The notes beneath the pieces are model-generated. The model did no database searches. It saw only the letters and a program-made list of their open reading frames with translations, and had not been told where the DNA came from. 53,093 bases of DNA, taken from NCBI GenBank assembly GCA_016748015.1, contig JAAOMT010000386.1:78380-131472 (forward strand). The letters are read 5' to 3'. This DNA is from Geosiphon pyriformis uo1. Its lineage: Eukaryota; Fungi; Glomeromycota. The position numbers and the translations under genes were made by a program. Every line of letters starts with the position of its first letter. The first letter of the stretch is position 1. This document shows, in pieces, positions 48,986 to 53,093 of this stretch.

Positions 48986-51227
48986 AGGATTATTAGAAAG
49001 AAAAATTGTGAAATAAACTAATAAAAAAAATAAAAAAAACTTTTTTTTCAGAAAAGTGTTCTTTGGGAATATGTGAATATAAGAGAAAAAGAAGTTTTTT
49101 TTTTAATTTATTAAAAATACTAATAATAATTAAAAAATAATTAAACAATCTATATATTTTGCTATTCTATAAATAAATTAATAAAAATAGTTATTTTAAT
49201 TTTAATAATATTAATGCTTAGTAGTAATAATATTTTATTAATTCTTAATATTTGTTCTTTTAAAATTTTATTTTTTAATTTAAAACTTAGTTTAATATAA
49301 ATTAACAATATATAATTTTGAATATTTTTTATTTATAAATATTATTTTTTTGTTAAAAAACAATTAAATTTGTATTGTTTGCAAATTTTACTTCTTAATT
49401 AAAATTACTGTGTAAATTTTTATGTAAACTAGATTATTATATACCAAAAAATAACTTGATTTACAAATTTAAAGTTTAAAAAAATTATACAATTATGATT
49501 AAATAATACATAAAATTTTATAACATGAAAAAATTTTAGTTAATAAATTTTTTAAAATATTAAAAGTGAATTTATTAATATAAATATATATTTTATTATA
49601 TAAAACTAAATTTTTAAAAAGATTAAGAGTATTTATTCTATTTTAATTACTTTACAAAAAATATAAAAGCATCTTAACTAATTTATCTTAGCTTTAAATT
49701 TTCTAATTAGTATATTTATAAATCAACAAATAAAAAATTATTAATGTAAAAATTTTAATATAAAGAGATATATCTAATATATTAAAAAACTTAAAAATTA
49801 TTATTAAGAATATTATCAAATAGTATTTATTTAATAGTAATAGATATTCTAATTATTTTGTTTATAAACAGCAAAATATCCAATTTTCAAAAAATTAACT
49901 TTAAAAAATATTAAAAATAATATTAGATTTTTAATTTTCGAAAAAAAAACTAATTAGAATTTTTTATTTTAAATTTAATTAATATAAATAGTAAATTTCT
50001 ACTTTAAAACATTTATCTTAATATTTATAATCTTTTATAAAAATTTATATTTATGTTTAAAACTATAATTAATTTAAAATAATATGCTTTAAAACAAATT
50101 TCAAATTTACTAAGAAAATTTTTAAATAAAGAAAAAATAAATAACATTAAAAAACAATTTGTTAAACAAAACTTTTTTTCAACTTCAGTTAAGCTAATTG
50201 TGTTAACTAATATCTAAACTTTAAAATTAGTGTGTTTATTCAAAAAAATCAGAAAAATAAAAAATTTTTTATGAAAAAATAAAGTTTTTAACAAAGTAAA
50301 AACATTTTTTAAACATTTATGTAATTATTCTAATTATATTTTTATAGTATTTAATAAAAATAAATATTTTCTATGATTAACATAATTTTTATTTTAAAGA
50401 TTAAATATTTTAAACAATTTAAATAACATTATTAGTGTTAATGTAAAAACTAGTACTTGTCAAATTAGTTGTAGTATTTTAAAGTTTTTATATAATACAG
50501 TTTTATTATTAAAAAAAGTAAAATTTAATTAAGAATTAATTTAATTCTAAAACAATTTTTTTTATTAAATCAAAATTTAAATCTATTGTTTAATTTTAAA
50601 AGTTAAATTTCTATAAATATTTTGTAGAAAATAAATTTGGTAGAAAAAATTTTGTATAAAATAAAGTTATTTTAAAATTATTATTATTAATATATGCTTA
50701 ATTTTTTTAAATAATCAAAAAATATTTTAAAAATTAAAATATTTTTTACACTTAAACAATACATAACATTTCAATAGAAAACAATTTAAAAACTGTGTTA
50801 CAATTATTATTATATATTTATCTAAAATTATGAAAATTTAAATTAAATTTGAGAATTTTTTATCAAAAAATATTATTTTCAATTAATAAAAAGTTTAATT
50901 ATTAATATACATAAATTTAAATGTTAATTCAAAAAAGCTCCATAAATTGTAAGAAATAAATTACATGCAAGTTTTTATTTATCCTATTTCAAAAGTTTTT
51001 AAATAAAAAAATATTTTCAACTTAAACCAAAAAACTGCAAAAAGAAATTATTATAAACACAGTTATCTATAATGAAAATATGTGATTAGATTTCTCAATT
51101 TTTAGAATAACAGGACATTAAACTAAAAGAATTTCTTTATTTCCATGCCAAAAAATAATGTTTTATTATGTTCCTTAAATTTCGCAAAAGGTTTTAATTG
51201 AATGAATCTTTTGCAAGCATCTTATCG

Positions 51228-51563
51228 TTACGTTTTATAAAATACAAAGAGACTATCTAGTCCAAAGTGTGCAAAAGTGTGTTGTTTTTGTTCAAGTTTT
51301 TGGCATTTGGACTCGCGGATTGGTGGAATCTCTCTGAGTTGTCCTTGAAATCCGAGTTGCCAATATAAAGTGATGTATTGCTCTTTATGATCTTTGAGAT
51401 CTGATTGTTGAAAAACAAATCGTGAAGTTAATTTGGATGAACCAGACTCTGGATAGGTCTTGTCTGCATTCCGGTCGCTTGATGCATAGTTTTTCAGTTG
51501 AGCAAGGATATAGGAATATCGATCTTCTGCTAATTTTACAGGAATCATAATGTCTGCACCAGG
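51228..51563 (-). CDS. 3' part of a gene running into the gap; D..QxK motif suggests a PD-(D/E)xK/Crinkler-type REase domain
   Basis: Open frame PGADIMIPVKLAEDRYSYILAQLKNY...; CpGs are retained and GC is higher than in the flanks. Confidence 0.5.
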   Translation of the reverse strand, partial: PGADIMIPVKLAEDRYSYILAQLKNYASSDRNADKTYPESGSSKLTSRFVFQQSDLKDHKEQYITLYWQLGFQGQLREIPPIRESKCQKLEQKQHTFAHFGLDSLFVFYKT

Positions 51564-52360
51564 NNNNNNNNNNNNNNNNNNNNNNNNNNNNNNNNNNNNN
51601 NNNNNNNNNNNNNNNNNNNNNNNNNNNNNNNNNNNNNNNNNNNNNNNNNNNNNNNNNNNNNNNNNNNNNNNNNNNNNNNNNNNNNNNNNNNNNNNNNNNN
51701 NNNNNNNNNNNNNNNNNNNNNNNNNNNNNNNNNNNNNNNNNNNNNNNNNNNNNNNNNNNNNNNNNNNNNNNNNNNNNNNNNNNNNNNNNNNNNNNNNNNN
51801 NNNNNNNNNNNNNNNNNNNNNNNNNNNNNNNNNNNNNNNNNNNNNNNNNNNNNNNNNNNNNNNNNNNNNNNNNNNNNNNNNNNNNNNNNNNNNNNNNNNN
51901 NNNNNNNNNNNNNNNNNNNNNNNNNNNNNNNNNNNNNNNNNNNNNNNNNNNNNNNNNNNNNNNNNNNNNNNNNNNNNNNNNNNNNNNNNNNNNNNNNNNN
52001 NNNNNNNNNNNNNNNNNNNNNNNNNNNNNNNNNNNNNNNNNNNNNNNNNNNNNNNNNNNNNNNNNNNNNNNNNNNNNNNNNNNNNNNNNNNNNNNNNNNN
52101 NNNNNNNNNNNNNNNNNNNNNNNNNNNNNNNNNNNNNNNNNNNNNNNNNNNNNNNNNNNNNNNNNNNNNNNNNNNNNNNNNNNNNNNNNNNNNNNNNNNN
52201 NNNNNNNNNNNNNNNNNNNNNNNNNNNNNNNNNNNNNNNNNNNNNNNNNNNNNNNNNNNNNNNNNNNNNNNNNNNNNNNNNNNNNNNNNNNNNNNNNNNN
52301 NNNNNNNNNNNNNNNNNNNNNNNNNNNNNNNNNNNNNNNNNNNNNNNNNNNNNNNNNNNN
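51564..52360. other. Assembly gap (N run)
   Basis: Run of N characters. Confidence 1.
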
Positions 52361-52570
52361 NATCATAAGAGTATATCGAACGTTAAATATATGAAAAAGC
52401 GTATAAATGATAGATAACGAGGTGAATAGGAAAACTTAAGGGCTAACATTAAGTCAAAATGTTTTATAGTTAAATGCAAAGCAATTTTGGAAGCAAGAGG
52501 CAGAAGTGAATGAGCACAAATTAGTCAAATGAACGAAGGATAATGGTAATAGGATGGATAAGAAAGTAAT

Positions 52571-52750
52571 TTTTACAACTTTTTTATCCTACTCCATTTC
52601 CCAACACCCGAGTCATTCAGTGCTTTCAGTTGGGTCATTAAAAATATATCTTGTTCGGATCTAGAGAGAGCTTGAAACGCCTCACGCAATTCAGCAAACT
52701 TTTCTTTCGGAATTATTTTTGAGCAACCACAATTGCATATACAGGTAATC
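52571..52750 (-). other. Short coding-like fragment with a Cys cluster, possibly a DNA-transposon protein remnant or a host exon
   Basis: ITCICNCGCSKIIPKEKFAELREAFQALSRSEQDIFLMTQLKALND...KL*; CpG retained. Confidence 0.3.
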
Positions 52751-53093
52751 CTATATAAGTTAATGGTCTAAGTGAAATACCAACAACGAGTTCCAAAGAA
52801 AACTCCCTGTTATTTGACCTAAAAAAATGGCGAAATAAAATAAAAGGCATTATATTACAAATGTTGCAGCAGTGTGATTCCGTTTATTACCTCATTCAAA
52901 ATACACAAGGATTACAATGGAATTCAATAAAATGACTATTTTTATTCTAGCAATAATCAACTCAAATTCTATGACCACATTAATCTTACTGAGAATGACC
53001 AAAAATAGGTTTATCTCTCTTTTTTTTTGTTACCACATTACCAGTATTTCAACCAATATAAAAGCATGATAATATTTGATTGCATACTCAGTT

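Larger units (their letters stand above)
33221..49000 (-). mobile_element. LINE retrotransposon (ORF1; ORF2 APE-RT-RNase H), 3'-truncated and split by a gypsy insertion
   Basis: ORF1 at ~48985-47112 with a Cys/His knuckle (CGRFGHSALKC ~47755-47790). APE motifs KIATCNV, ISIITETKL, VLSGDFNE, KVIDFIFV. RT motifs VLQDMCKAYDS, GLDQDEVFLPLL, IFMDDTIW. RNase H VVYTDGLIK..SSTLVELQAI at ~33600-33880. Confidence 0.9.

Noticed and set aside
51545-52368. Two 270-aa ORFs in the ORF track
   Set aside because: Artefacts of the N gap.

Overview
AT-rich eukaryotic DNA with spliceosomal introns and TTAGGG repeats. The protein families resemble those of Glomeromycota (arbuscular-mycorrhizal lineage; Geosiphon-like by recall, not verified). 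The window is mostly a nested, rearranged and heavily C>T/G>A-mutated transposon cluster. It contains a BTB-BACK-TLDc pseudogene split by a Tc1-like DD35E DNA transposon, five copies or fragments of two related Ty3/gypsy LTR retrotransposon families, and two LINE copies (the more complete one with APE-RT-RNase H ORF2). It also contains an interstitial telomeric array joining two truncated elements and a probable PD-(D/E)xK-type host exon beside an assembly gap. Both gypsy families share an unusual plan: Gag-PR-[Cys-rich domain]-dUTPase-RT-RNase H-stop, then integrase as its own ATG-initiated ORF, then a conserved ~220-aa ORF3 ending at the polypurine tract. All four visible insertion sites (five LTR flanks) fit a CpG-centred 4-bp target that has since decayed. 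No intact full-length gene is evident. Translations below are manual reconstructions across stops and frameshifts.
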